Assembly (NCBI GenBank): GCA_030324005.1
Contig: JARDVH010000121.1
Location: forward strand, 41,766,901-41,830,900
Direction: 5' to 3'
DNA length: 64,000 nucleotides
From: Negaprion brevirostris
Lineage: Eukaryota
In this document: positions 26,834-40,490 of the stretch, piece after piece
Position numbering within the stretch: position 1 is the first letter of the stretch
Layout: each line of letters opens with the position of its first letter
Translations under genes and position numbers: made by a program
Notes under the pieces: generated by a model
The model's input: only the letters and a program-made list of their open reading frames with translations
Databases searched by the model: none
What the model was told of the DNA's origin: nothing

Positions 26834-27646
26834 CGTTGTGAAGTTGAGTAGAATGTTAGAATTTGGTGCTTGTAAAAAATATTTTAAAAACTGTAAAATG
26901 CTAAGAGATGAAGATATTGCTTGATCCCTTTGAAAAGTGGTTTTGTTTTTTCTGTCCGAGTGCTTCTCAAAAAAAGGTGCAGGTATATGGAGAACCAGAC
27001 TGAAACATCGTATCAAAGAGCCAGACAGCAGGGTTGCCTTGGTAACAGGCTTCAGGCATTAGAATATTTGAATTTTCTCAATTTAAATTATGTACTTGGA
27101 TAACAGCAGCCTATTAGATTTAAATTTGATGTTTTGATGAGCTGAGAACCAATCCTATTGTGGGGATGTTAGTATATCAGTAGGTGTAGAAGAGACAGCT
27201 CTCAGCTCCAGAGAGACAACTGCTCTCTGCAACAGTTCACAGCTTTTAGCTCAAAGCTTTATCTGAATAGTAAAGATAGCAAAAGAAGACAGAGATTCCT
27301 GAAAGAAGACGGAATATGAAACCTGGTTCTAATTTTGAGAGTGACTAAAAGTTCTATTTTGTTTGTTAATAAGTGGGAATTATATTTAACAGCAGTCCGT
27401 TAGAATAGTGTTCATTTAGTTTATTAATAGTTTCATTAATCTGTTCACTGTTGGTTGGATAAATAAAGTGTTATTGGTTGATTTTACAGAGAGTTACAGG
27501 TAGTTATTCTGATTTAACCACTAAAAGTTGCTGAAGAGCAGATCGTACTATTTCTCACACACTTTTAACAGATTATGGGGTGAGGTACTCTTCTGAGTGG
27601 TTAGGTATTAGCTCTGAGAGAGGGGATCAACCTCCCCTTTATAATA
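26834..27646 (+). mobile_element. Solo LTR with 4 bp TSD
   Basis: Ends cgttgtga...ttataata (decayed TGTT..AACA) are flanked by attg on both sides (26830-26833, 27647-27650). Internal aataaa near 27462. Confidence 0.6.
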
Positions 27647-28526
27647 ATTGTCTTTGCTACATTAATAGTTTTTCAATCTGATGGGATCTTTCTGAAATCT
27701 GGGGAATTTGACTGATTACAAGGGATGCTGGATTGCCTTCGCTGGCTCTGAGAGTCCAACATGAAACTGATTGAGATATTTTCATCGCAATTTCTTGGTG
27801 CAGAAGAAACTAATTGACAAAAATAGCATTCTCTTTCAGAGAGTTGACAGGACTGGCTAATAAAGGAAATAATAAACCATTGGAGATTGGGGCATTGTTA
27901 AGAAGTTGGACAAGGATAATATTATTTCTTCAGCCAAACTATTCGGCTTGATCCAGGCACTCCACAAGTTGGCAGGAACTTCATACGAAAATAATCAATG
28001 AAATGGATTTCTGGGTTAACTAGAGGTGAAACTCTTAGAGATTATTCAAGAGATAATGAAATGATAATGTGGGGATTGAGGGGGGCGAGTGGGGATGGAA
28101 CTTCAGAGTCTTTCCAGTCAAACAGACAAAGAAGTCAAATATTCCTCCTTGACTTATTTATCTGATGATACTTCTTGCTAGTGTACTGCTATCATTTTTC
28201 AATTAGTTCGCTCATTTCTTTTGCAGCATGCAGGAAGCTTGTATGAGCTATTAAATGAAGCCAGATTTAATAATTGGTTGAAGTGATTAAATTGGCGAAG
28301 ATCTTGTACTGATTGACGTTAAAGGACTCAATTCTTCCTATTTAATTCTGCGGCAAAGATTCAGGTGAAATGGTACTTTGCTTTTTATCAAGCTTTTAAT
28401 TGTAACTAGAATCCTCCAAATCTGAGAAATGGTGTAAATCCCACAACTTCCGCCTGTGTGGATTGTAGCCAGGTTTTGCAGTTTGACCACGATCAGCCAT
28501 TGACTAACGATGAGTATTATCCTTAC

Positions 28527-28604
28527 CTGGTGTCCCTCTCGGTCCTTCGGAGCCTGGAGCATTGATTCCTGGGCTACCCTTCTCTCCTTTGTTGCCTGGT
28601 TTAC
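28527..28604 (-). CDS. COL20A1: Collagen XX exon, COL1 with first FACIT imperfection
   Basis: 78 bp, phase 1/1. Encodes GKPGNKGEKGSPGINAPGSEGPRGTP. Confidence 0.92.
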
Positions 28605-31399
28605 CTTTTGACAAAGCGAATGTCATACTTAGGCAAATTTAAGACTACATAGACGGGCAGAAACAAATACCTATCCAAATGCAAATGATCCACTCATTGG
28701 ACATCTGTGTAGCGTAAATAATCACTTACCATGAACACCATGGGGTACATTTCACCAAATAGCACTATGCACAAAAGATTATATGTTAGGATACTAGCAT
28801 GGGCATTACTGCTCTCTGTTCCTTCATGAAGAGGGGGTTTGATAACAGCAATGCCTGAAGCCAAATAAGTACCATCAAGCTAAGCCTGGCACAGAGGGCA
28901 GTTATTTAATTCAAATAAGAAATAAGTCAATGATAAGACAGTCCTATTCGGCCCACTGAAGTGTATCTCTCCCTAAACTCTCTTAATAAAGCCCATCTTC
29001 GTATTCACCAACTCTCGCATTGAATCCCATCCGTCGAGCATTTTGACCCTGTAAAGCTTATCACTTGAGTACCCTAGCTCTGCCATTGCATCCAATCGCT
29101 AAAAATTGGGTTTCCCATTCTTCACAACCTCCTCTGCTAGGAAATCTGCGGCACGGCATCACCTTCAGTGAGACCAGAAGATCCCGTCATTGGGAATGGC
29201 AGGAAACCACCCCCTACCCCCGGTCATGTATGATCCTTAAGCAAAGCTCATTCTCATTTGTTTCACCAATCATCTAAAAATCAATGTCAGAGGAGGCACC
29301 TTTTCCACAAGGACACAGGAAAGGCATGACTCTGAACTTTTGTCCAGAACATGTGTGAATTTGGTGACACACCCACAACAGCTGCTTTATGGATGAAGCA
29401 GGGAGACAAAACCATTTGCACCTTTTGGCTTCAATAGACCACAGTCGGTGAGCTGCCAGTGCTCAGCAAGTCCAAACTCTGGGCAGGCTGAATGAGAGTG
29501 GGCGGGAAGTCCATAAACAAATTGAACCAGAAGTCGTTGATATGGAAAAGGTGGGGAGTGTGGGCATCCATCAGGAGGAGTGAGCCTAATTGATCTGGTC
29601 CACCTAAATATTCCCCCAAAATGTTCCAGCCATTTCCTCGTATCCTCTCTGAGGTTGATTGGGTCGACTTCTCAGAGCTGGTAAAAAAAAAGCTACAGCG
29701 TGTGCAGCCAACACTTTGCCCATCTGTGCTTGGAAATTGCAAACAGGTTCTGAGAACAGGGTTAACTCCAACTTCTCCCACGCAAGCAGCTTCTCATCTG
29801 TTTGCTGTGCCCATTTACAGGATCACCCTGTCATTTCAGCTGCTTTTAAATGTTTCAAACTGATCTCCAAGGTGGCTGAAATCAGTGACAGGACTATTTG
29901 TTCATTTTTTCCTCTCCTCTTGACGGGGTGCTCTCAGACGAGTGACGGCCTTCTGGCACCTCGCCTAAGTGGCTACAGTTCCTCTATCAATCCAGGCAGT
30001 GAATGCTGATGAGCTCTTCTGCAAGGAAGGCCATGCCTAATGTAATGGTCAGCAGACATTCATACACACATTCTTCCTCAGCAACATAACACCAGAAAAT
30101 GCTGGAAACAGTCAGCAGGTCAGGCAGCATCCGTGGTGAGAGAAACAGAGTTTAGGTGGGTGATTTTGAGCCCGTGTCAGTGGCCCATGGAATCGTCATT
30201 GTGGATGGAAAATACGGAGAGAATTCTGAGTGTTTCTTAGATTTCCACACCCCTCGCCAGTAACGCCCATTTTAATGGATTTCAATAAGCTTTGATGTAA
30301 TTAGCTCCTGGGGGGAAGGNNNNNNNNNNNNNNNNNNNNNNNNNNNNNNNNNNNNNNNNNNNNNNNNNNNNNNNNNNNNNNNNNNNNNNNNNNNNNNNNN
30401 NNNNNNNNNNNNNNNNNNNATTAGCTCCTGGGGGGAAGGAAGGGTGCAGCAGACATTCATACACACATTCTTCCTCAAGGATCACCAGGTATCGCATACA
30501 ATTAGAAAACTGAATGACTCTGTCCCTTTTTAGCCATCAAAAAGATTGTCATACCTGCATGCCAGAGTAGCAGTATAGCTTGTAATGTTACAAGGCAAGT
30601 GAGCGTTTTAGCACAGAAGCAAGGTCAGCTCCATAGATTATGGGGCACCGGTTTTAAAGGATGCCTCGATGAGCCCAGAATCTGAACAGCCCCCTCCCCC
30701 CAACTCCCACATAACAATTAGGTCTACCCTCAGAAGCATTGTGAGCCCTCTCCAACCATCACCACACAAAAGACAGGCTCCCCACCCCAGTAGCAACATC
30801 AATACAGGTCAGCCCTCCCCAGTAAACAGGAGGGGAATCCCTGCTGTAGGGCTGACCAGGGGGCCCAGCTCTAGCACTGCCTCCTGGCACAGGTTGGTAC
30901 TGGCAGTCTGGCATAGTGCCAATTTGGCAGTGCCAACCTCTGCAAGGAGGCAGTGCCTGGGCATGTCTCTCTCCACCACCTCTACACCACCCTTCCCTTC
31001 CCCCCAGGGGCTAATTATATCAAAGCTTATTGAAATCCATTAAAATGGGCGTGAACCTCATGGCGTCACTGGCGAGCGGTGTGGAAATCTAAGAAACACT
31101 CAGAATTCTCTCCATATTTTCCATCCACATTAACAATCCCATGGGCCACTGACGCGGGCTCAAAATCACCCACCTAAACTCTGTTTCTCTCACCAAAGAT
31201 TCTGCCTGACCTGTGAGTGTTTCCAGCATTTTCTGCTGTTATACTCCATTCTGCCACATTACTGCTCAAGAAATGGAAACAAAAATCTCGCCACCAGTTA
31301 AACTTTGGGAAAGAAATAACAATTTCTGTGCACCGGCAATATGTTCCACTGATGAGAATGAGCAGTGGTTTAGGATATGAGCTAGGAGATGTCAATTAC

Positions 31400-31588
31400 C
31401 TATCTCTCCTGGATAGCCAGCTCTGCCAATATCGCCAGGCATGCCTGGTATTCCAGGGGGCCCTCTGCTTCCGGGTGGTCCTGGTTGCCCTGGACGCCCG
31501 GCTTCACCTGGCGGCCCCTGGATGATCCGCACAGGCGCCGGGTTCCTTGTAAACTCGTTCAGGATAGAATCAAATTTGATCATGTGAT
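31400..31588 (-). CDS. COL20A1: Collagen XX exon, NC2/COL1
   Basis: 189 bp, phase 1/1. Encodes [63 protein letters not shown]. Confidence 0.93.
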
Positions 31589-32119
31589 CTGGAGGTTAAC
31601 AAATATAAGAATGAGAATTATTGCAGTAGAATAACAGTGACTTTCAAACCTGTCCTTTGAAAGAGTTAAAATGGCTGNNNNNNNNNNNNNNNNNNNNNNN
31701 NNNNNNNNNNNNNNNNNNNNNNNNNNNNNNNNNNNNNNNNNNNNNNNNNNNNNNNNNNNNNNNNNNNNNNTTATTACCTTCCTGATGGACTCTTTAGGTT
31801 TTATGCAATAATAGTTATTTGGCAAATTGATAAATTGCAATGTAAACATGGGATTCAAATGATGTCCTAGATAACAGGGGATAGAATTGTCTCGGACAGC
31901 GGTTGGTATGGGTGACACCATGTTCTCCTCCTGTTAGTTCAGTTCCATTGTAATCAATGCCAACTTGACATTGGTGTAACTTTGGAGCTCCATACTGCAG
32001 CTGATGGAAACTCAGTGGAAGCTCCAGCTTCTTGGGATAACTGACCTTAACTGAAAAGTGTGCCTTTTTCAAATCTCTGCAGAAGCAAATTGAAATCAGA
32101 ATGTAAAATCTGCAAATCT

Positions 32120-32460
32120 GGGTGGCACGGTGGCACAGTGGTTAGCACTGCTGCCTCACAGTTCCAGGGACCTGAGTTCAATTCCCAACTTGGGTCACTG
32201 CTGGTGCAGCGTTTGCACATTCTTCCCACATTTGCGTGGCTTTCCTCCACGTGCTCTGGTTTCCTCCCGAAGTCCAAAGATGTGTGGGTTAGGTTAATTG
32301 GACAGGCTAAATTAACCCTTGGTGTCTCGGGATGTGATACGTTGGAAGGATTAACAGGGTAATAAAGTGGGGATAAGGCCTGGGTGGGATTGTTGTCAGC
32401 GCAGACTCGATGAGCCGAATGGCCTCCTTCTGCACTGATGGGTTTCTATGATTTCTATGA
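32120..32460 (+). mobile_element. Full-length HE1 V-SINE
   Basis: tRNA-derived head gggtggcacggtggcacagtggttagcactgctgcctcacag, B-box gagttcaattcc, V-domain and a CR1-like (ttctatga)n tail. Confidence 0.92.
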
Positions 32461-32869
32461 AAATATATCACAAAAGCTGCACTGGATCTCTAGGACATGA
32501 TTTTAACTGGTTTAATCCCATTTGTGGAGCGGGACAGCAATTTAAACAAATTAGCCAGTTTTTTTTGTTCATGGGATGTGGGCATTGCTGGCTATCCCAT
32601 CCCTAATTGCACTTGCTGTGGGTCACATTTAGAGTCACATTTAGGCCAGACCAAGTAAGGATGGCAGATGGACCAAATGGGTTTTTACAACAATTGACAA
32701 TGGTTTCATGGTTAGACATTTGAATGAAAAAAATTATCACCATCTACCATGGGGGGATTTGAACCTGGGTCAAAAGCATTATCCTAAGTCTCTAAATTAC
32801 TAGTCTAGTGATATTACCATTACACCACCATTTCCCAACAGCTCCAGTTGATGATTCACATGGGTGGTA

Positions 32870-33183
32870 TACCGACGCAGTGATTAGCACTGCTGTCTCA
32901 GCAGCAGGGACCCAGGTTCAATTCCGGCCTGGGATGTCTGTGTGGAGTGTGCATGTTCTCCCCACATCTGCGTGGGTTTCCTCCAGGTGTTCCAATTTCC
33001 TCCCATAGTCCAAAGATGTGTAGGTCAGAGGGATTGGCTATGGTAAATTGTCCCTTAGTGTCAGAAGGATTAGCAGGATAAATAGATGGGCTTATGGGGA
33101 TATCTCGGGCCTGGGTGGAATTGTTGTCAGTGCAGGCTCGATGGGCCAAATGGCCTCCTTCTGCACTGTAAATGATTCTGCAA
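32870..33183 (+). mobile_element. HE1 V-SINE
   Basis: Same organisation as 32120-32460. Confidence 0.9.
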
Positions 33184-33685
33184 TTCATAAAACCTGTCCC
33201 TGTCCTAATATTACAATATTCATCAGCATAGAATAAACAGTAGCAATATTACTGGAATATTACTGATGTACTAGCAGGATCTACTACATACATGCAAATG
33301 AAATAAAACCAGCTTCACTTAGCTGTTCTGACATAAAATAGCTGTTGACTAAGGTGCCTCATTATGCTAATAGGCTGATTGTTTCAATGTATGATCCTGC
33401 AACAATGATATTTAAAAATGTCCCAGTGCAATGAATGCGTAAACCACTATTATTCTTATCATCAATGAAAACAACTTTAATAATATTTCCTCAAAGTAAA
33501 GATTAAAAAAGAAATTTGCAAACAAAATCTTCTAGGTCCTCACTGCATGACAATACTTATCAATCAGCAAGTGGACAGACATCGTAATGTACTCCATATT
33601 TTGTGGCTGGTGTGTATTTGCTCTTTCGATTAAATCCAATGGGACTGGAATCTCTTTACATTGAACCTGGAACTGTGCTACTTAC

Positions 33686-33752
33686 TCTGAACAAGGTCTT
33701 CACAAGCTTGGGTAACCAGCTGATAAACTGAAGCCAGGGACTGAAGTTCTCC
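33686..33752 (-). CDS. COL20A1: Collagen XX exon, end of COL2 / NC2
   Basis: 67 bp, phase 0/1. Encodes GELQSLASVYQLVTQACEDLVQ, matching COL20A1 GEPQSLATLYQLVSQA rather than COL12/14 (MRAVARQVC). Confidence 0.93.
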
Positions 33753-34500
33753 CTGAAAATGAAAAACCAACCAATGTCTGGGATGATTCCATGCTCTTTT
33801 TGGTTTTAGTGGAGCCTGCTCGTTGACATTATCAATAACAACACAAGGGCCAGAATTTTACAGACTCCACCAGCGAGTTTGAATCTGAGGGTGCTTATAA
33901 AATGCAACTCATGGCCTATCAGCTGCCTCCCCACCTCTCCCAACCTGTCTTCCATTGGATGGTCGATATGCTGGGTTTCCTGCCTAGGGCTGATTGAGTT
34001 TTTTAAATGGCCAATTGATGGTCACTTTTAAGGGCCTTATCCAACCCAACAGCAATTTTATCGATGGTAGGGGGGAAGCCCACACCAAGTAGGTAGCCCA
34101 ACCACTTTAGGTGGGCAGGCTGGTGTTGGTAGGGGGCCAGATCGGGTAACCTCCTCTANNNNNNNNNNCCATCAGAGGTACACCACCAAGGTTATATATG
34201 CCTTTAACCCTCCACCTCTCCCCGCCAACCTTGCAAACCTGGCTCCCTTCCCCTTGCTACTGGCGCTGTTGAGACTACAGAGCTGCTGGCCATTTGATTA
34301 GCTGACAGTTCTCTGATGCGGATCTTTGTCTCACAGACTGGGCGAAATTCTCGCCCTGAGCCAGTTTACACCCAACTGAATGTCGAATGGTTGCTGGGCA
34401 GCTGGTAGCGGCAAGACGCATTCCTCATTGACTCGTTGGATGGCAGGGAACAAAACCCCACCATTTGAAAAATATTGCCCAACGAAAAACAAGAACAAAC

Positions 34501-34536
34501 CTTCTCCCCCTTTTCTCCTTTTGCACCAGGCAGACC
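34501..34536 (-). CDS. COL20A1: Collagen XX exon, COL2 (36 bp)
   Basis: Encodes GLPGAKGEKGEK; AG/GT ends. Confidence 0.9.
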
Positions 34537-35083
34537 CTGTGAAATCATTAAAAATATAAATCAGCAATTGAAACCATGGAAAATTCGTACTGACTTTTAC
34601 TGACAGTGAAAATGAATATAAGAAGTTGATTTATTGGTGTCACAAGTAGNNNNNNNNNNNNNNNNNNNNNNNNNNNNNNNNNNNNNNNNNNNNNNNNNNN
34701 NNNNNNNNNNNNNNNNNNNNNNNNNNNNNNNNNNNNNNNNNNNNNNNNNNNNNNNNNNNNNNNNNNNNNNNNNNNNNNNNNNNNNNNNNNNNNNNNNNNN
34801 NNNNNNNNNNNNNNNNNNNNNNNNNNNNNNNNNNNNNNNNNNNNNNNNNNNNNNNNNNNNNNNNNNNNNNNNNNNNNNNNNNNNNNNNNNNNNNNNNNNN
34901 NNNNNNNNNNNNNNNNNNNNNNNNNNNNNNNNNNNNNNNNNNNNNNNNNNNNNNNNNNNNNNNNNNNNNNNNNNNNNNNNNNNNNNNNNNNNNNNNNNNN
35001 NNNNNNNNNNNNNNNNNNNNNNNNNNNNNNNNNNNNNNNNNNNNNNNNNNNNNNNNNNNNNNNNNNNNNNNNNNNNNNNNNNN

Positions 35084-35094
35084 CCGGGTGGACC
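35084..35094 (-). CDS. COL20A1: Collagen XX exon, 5' start only (rest lost in N gap; 72 bp expected)
   Basis: ctctgtAG then GGT CCA CCC GG runs into the gap. The position matches the 72 bp COL2 exon of paralogues. Confidence 0.6.
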
Positions 35095-35693
35095 CTACAG
35101 AGCCAATGCAGAGTTTAATTCAATAACAGTTCAGAAGTTCAAGTCAAAGGCCTTAAAACTCCACATGGCAAACAAACACACCGATATTAACAGCCATTAA
35201 CAGGGTTGCGTGAGCTGACTAATTCTACACAAGACAATGTTTAGTACAAAACAATGGAGAATGGATTGCCAGCTGCATGTTTTCAGAGTTCACACATTAG
35301 TATTCTTCAGCAATATTTGAGGGCCAAGATTTATAAGTAGTTCAGACAGCTTCTGTGAATTTTCCAAATCATCTTTTGAAGCAGTAAGATGTGTCTGCTG
35401 TTGGCAATACACATACACAGCCTCCTCACAACTTTTGTTCAGCTGTCACTTATGAACTGGCATCCCTTGCAAAAGCACAGTATCATTTTAAAGTTAACTT
35501 CACTCTTAAAGAAGAATGCAGCACTAACGGGAAAATGTTACTCAAAAGAAAAATGGACCATATTAGAATTCCCCCAATGTTCCTATGCAGAGTTTAACAG
35601 CAAAAAATTGCAAACTTGTGAAACAGCTGAATATCCATAACCATACAAAACAAAATTTCAAATCTCCAGACCATGTTGATGTGATATGTTGGA

Positions 35694-36200
35694 TCATAAG
35701 ACCATAAGACATAGAAGCAGAATTAAGCCACACAGCCCATCAATCATGGCTGATATNNNNNNNNNNCTGATATTTTTCTCATCCCCATTCTCCTGCCTTT
35801 TCCCAATAACTCCTGATCCCCTTATTTATTAATCAAGAACCTATCTATCTCTGTCTTAAAGATATTCAATGGCCTGGCCTCCACAGCCTTCTGTGGCAGA
35901 GAGTTCCACAGATTCACCACTCTCTGGCTGAAGAAATTTCTCCTCATTTCTGTTTTAAAGGATCGTCCTTTTAGCCTGAGGTTGTGCCCTCTGGTTCTAG
36001 TTTTATCCAATAGTGGAAAGACTCTCTCTACATCCACTCTATTCAGGCCTTGCAGCATCCTGTAAGTTTCAATAAGATTCCCCCCTCATCCTGCTAAACT
36101 CCAACGAATTCANNNNNNNNNNAGTCCTCAATCGTTACTCATACCTCTTCATTCCAGAGATCATTCTTTTGAACATCCTCTGGACCCTTTCCAAGGCCAG
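35694..36200 (-). mobile_element. CR1/HER1 LINE 3' end
   Basis: ORF LQGLNRVDVERVFPL..TRTRGHNLRLKGRSFKTEMRRNFFSQRVVNLWNSLP and a (tcttatgg)n tail. Confidence 0.92.
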
Positions 36201-37039
36201 ATGAAAGGTACTTTCAAACTTTATACTGCTTGTTCACCTGAATGATAAGTAGTGTGTAGCCCATCACTGAATGTGCTGTTGAGCAGAGCCAGGGAGAGAA
36301 ATCATGGGCCCTGGTGCTTCTTCTGATCCCAGTCCTTTATTCCCCGCTGTCCCAGCTCAACCCACCCCCCACAACGACAGTGTGCAGTGGACAGAAGACG
36401 ACATGCAGGTAGCTGTCAGGTCCTGGTACTGAAGGCTCAGGTACGTTTGAGTAGGTCCCAGGATGGAGAGGATAGAGAAGGTCTGGGGAGAAGGAGGAGG
36501 TGCAAAATTCTCAGGGGAAAGGCCAGTGGTGGAGGGGGGAATGGGGTGGGCTGGGAGGTTGAGCTGGGATGGTGGCAGAGGCTACCAGACAAAGGGTGAG
36601 GGTAACGGGAAAGGTGTCTAACTTCAGAAGGAGGCTTCTGATGGAGGTGCCTCCCCACTCTCCTCTTCACATCTGAGATATAATCCTTTTGATTTTCAGT
36701 CTTCCTCCTAGGCAATCCACCTGCCAACCTAAAAATTGAGACTGCGTAGGCAACAACCCTTAAGTGACCAATAAGTGGCCACTTAAGGGCCTAAACTGGG
36801 GCATGGGTGATCTTCTTGCCCAAGACTGTTCAATGTTCCAGAAAAAAATTATCAATGCATATCATAAGCCAATTTTTACTTTACATAAACTAATATATAT
36901 TGTGGCATTGCTAGTGGCAAAATATGAGATATATTTGAGAGAATAATTCATATTTAAATGTATTTATCTACTTCCTATAATTTTATTACTCAAATGATAT
37001 GTGAAATATTTATGAAGAAATCTTGGTGTCATTGTTGGA

Positions 37040-38098
37040 GACTAATCAACTTAGCCTCAGGACATTGCTACAGGTGTTCTATAGAGTAGCGACCTAGGCC
37101 CAACCATCTTCAACTGCTTCATTGGTGACCTTATCTTCAACATAAGATCAGAAGTGGGCAGGTTCCCTGATGATTGTCAGCACCTTTCGTACCTCCTCAA
37201 ATAATGACACGGTCTATGCTGACATACAGCAGAAAACTGGATAACATTTAGGCTTGGGCTGATAAGTGGCAAGCAATATTTACACCACACACACACCAGG
37301 CAGTGACCATCTCCAACAGACCTCCATAGGACATTCAAAAACATTATCATCACGGAATACCTCAACTTCAACATCCAGGGAAATAACACTGTAAAGATAC
37401 TTAACGAGACTAGCCAAATAAATATCATATCAGCAGGTCAGAGACTGGGTATACTGTGCTAAATAATTCACCTCCTGACTTCCCAAGTCAGAAGTGTGAT
37501 GAAATGCTTTCCATTTGCCTGGATGAATGCTACTCCAGCACTCTCATCAATCTCAATACCATTCAGGGCAATTCAGTCTGCTTGACTAGCAACCCATTCA
37601 CTAACTCAAACACTCACTCCTTTGACCTGCAGTGCATAGTGGCAATGTGTATCATTTGCAAGACATATTACAACAACTCACCAAGCCTCTTTCGACAGCA
37701 CTTCCAAGCCCATGACCTCTGTCACCCGGAAGAGTAGGAAGTCTCACAACACCAGGTTAATGCCATGGGTAAACCATGGGTACAGCCATGGGTAAACCTA
37801 TGACCTCTGTCACCTGGAAGAACAAGGGCAGCAAGTGGAATGGAACACTGTTACCTGCAACTTCCCCTCCATGTCATTCACCGCCCTGATTTGGAATAAC
37901 ACCAGTATTCCTTCTTTATCACTGGGTCAAAATCTGGGAACTCCCACCCTTGCAGCACTGTGGGCAGACAAAACACCAGATGGGCTGCAGCGGCTGAATA
38001 TGGTGGCTCACTATCTCTTTCTCAAAGACTATAAAAATAGGCAAGCAATGTTGGCCAGCCCAGCGACAACCACATTCCCTGAACGAATAAAACAAAAC
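37040..38098 (+). mobile_element. CR1-group LINE family A, RT C-terminus to 3' tail
   Basis: Decayed GV....LGPTIFNCFI.DL, RFPDD and WADKWQ motifs, followed by the family A tail. Confidence 0.75.
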
Positions 38099-38419
38099 TA
38101 ATGAGCAATGTATTTTCCTACTGTGCACAATTGCACACACATGCTGGAAGGAGTAAAGCTGTGTTCAGCCTACCTGACAACTTCTGGGTTGCTACATAGC
38201 CATGTGATGATGCAGCTTAGACAGAACATCAATAATGAATTCAATTCTAATGTGACAGTGGAAGGGCACTTGATCATTGTCTAATTCAATGATTCACAGT
38301 GCTCAGTGTGAAACAGTGTGTTTTGTTGGTAACTGATCAAAAGAATTCTGAACAGCTTTTCCTCAGAAAGTTAGTGAAATACATTGTTAAAATCAATTTC
38401 TTTATAACAAAAAACTTAC

Positions 38420-38473
38420 TCTTGGTCCAGGAAGTCCAGGGCGTCCTATTGCACCTTCCAGTCCTCTTGTACC
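38420..38473 (-). CDS. COL20A1: Collagen XX exon, COL2 (54 bp)
   Basis: Encodes GTRGLEGAIGRPGLPGPR, close to COL20A1 GMRGLEGTAGLPGPPGPR. Confidence 0.92.
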
Positions 38474-38739
38474 CTGAAAGATTGGCATCAATTAATAACC
38501 TATATCATAGAAAATATTTATTACAGATATCCAATTAAAGATTGCAACTTTGTTTCACCCTGTGCCTTATTGTAAAGTGAGCAGGAAGGTCTCAGGATGT
38601 GAAGCAATCCTGAACAGTATCCAGTACTTAATAGAAAAATTCATGGACCTGAAAGTATGCTGACCACAGTTATATCCCCTGCTTTAATCACTGACTGGCT
38701 ACAACATCAACAGGAGACCATTCAGCCCACAGTGCTGGC

Positions 38740-39377
38740 TCTTATACCCAGAGATGGTGTTATCTGGTTGAGGCATATGGATCAGTTGTTTTCTGGGGGA
38801 ACAGATCCACCGGAATCGAAACCTGCAGAGAATCCAGGTTCAACCATAAAAAGTCCTGATTTGAACCTTCCTACAACTCCGACACCAACAGACACTGTTG
38901 AGGAGAGCAACACCTCATCCACTGATCAGGCACTGTGACAACCTCCATTCCTACTACTACTTAAACCCACCACTGATGACCTTTGTGCAAAAGTGAAAAT
39001 GCCAGGAATTATCACTAGTGTAAAAAAGATGCCAGAGGCTCACCATCAACTGTTTCGACAGCAAGGACCTCCAGACTGATTTACTAATAGTGACTAACTT
39101 ATTGATTACTGTTCATGTTGAGTTTGTTAGGGACGTTCAATTTAACGGGGTAGGAAATGTTATGCATTTGTATTAATTCTTATTGGCTTACTGACCTCTG
39201 CTATATTAATGTATTCACTGGAACAAATATTGTAGGTCCCTAGCTGGGGAAATGGGCAGAGGAGAAGCAGCTATGTAACAGAACACACACCTGTAAATAA
39301 AGCTCCACACCTGGAAATAAAGCTTCATTGTTTTAAACCCTCTGTGGTTCCTGGTGTCAAATCTCCAACATACAACA
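38740..39377 (+). mobile_element. Gypsy LTR-retrotransposon 3' end (integrase C-terminus, PPT, LTR)
   Basis: DGVIWLRHMDQL resembles the WRRHVDQL motif. Purine tract aacggggtaggaaa precedes an LTR tgttatg...tacaaca (39158-39377) containing aataaa. Confidence 0.7.
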
Positions 39378-39534
39378 CATACTGGTTAGGAAAATTCTCC
39401 TGAACACACTTCAGAAACTTTTCCTCCTCTCGGTGCTTTACAGTACCCTATCCCACTTAATAATATGAATTAACTATTATCACTACTTTATAGTTTTGCA
39501 TCTCTCTGCAATTTCCCTGGAAATTTGCCCCTTT

Positions 39535-40490
39535 GGGGGCAATTCTCCAAGCCCGCTGTGCTACTACAGCAGGACAGTGGACAAGAAGACATCACCGGTG
39601 GCCATTTTGTGGGCTTCCCGCCATGCATCATGGCCTCCACAAGTCTCCTGCCTAAGAGTTCCAGCATACTCAGCTCTGTGCCAATGCTGATTACAAATGG
39701 AAATTCCGATTTCTATTTTAGTAGCGTGCCCAGGACTGAAGTCTCCAGGCTCTCTAGCACCTCCCTGACTCCACTGCATTCTCTTCTCACCCTCCTCGCA
39801 TCCCCCCCCACCCCCACCCCGCCCCGGCCAGGAATGGTTCCCTCCAGCAGGGTTTCCTTCTGCTCCCTACTAATGGAGAACAGGTGGCCTGACCCCGCTG
39901 GGTGGAANNNNNNNNNNNNNNNNNNNNNNNNNNNNNNNNNNNNNNNNNNNNNNNNNNNNNNNNNNNNNNNNNNNNNNNNNNNNNNNNNNNNNNNNNNNNN
40001 NNNNNNNNNNNNNNNNNNNNNNNNNNNNNNNNNNNNNNNNNNNNNNNNNNNNNNNNNNNNNNNNNNNNNNNNNNNNNNNNNNNNNNNNNNNNNNNNNNNN
40101 NNNNNNNNNNNNNNNNNNNNNNNNNNNNNNNNNNNNNNNNNNNNNNNNNNNNNNNNNNNNNNNNNNNNNNNNNNNNNNNNNNNNNNNNNNNNNNNNNNNA
40201 GCCAGTGATGTGGGCTTGTGGGGCTGGCCAGCAATCGGGAGGCTGGCAATGTGGGGCCAAGGCACATGTGCCACTCTGTCAACGTGGAGATTGGCGCATG
40301 CGCAGTGGCCCACTCACTCAGTGCTACATTGCCAGCTTATTGGGTGAGAATAGTCCCTATCCCCTTATTTTTAAAGTGAATCCCAACAGTGCTCAGAGTG
40401 CTGGAGATTCATTCTGGAAATCACGCTAAAAAAAGGCAAGTTTTACTCCCATTTTCCCGCACTTTGAGGCATTTTTTTGGGAGAATCCCA
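39535..40490. mobile_element. TIR element of the 10908 family, opposite orientation
   Basis: Ends gggggcaattctcc...gggagaatccc; interior is reverse-similar to 10908-11847. Confidence 0.65.
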
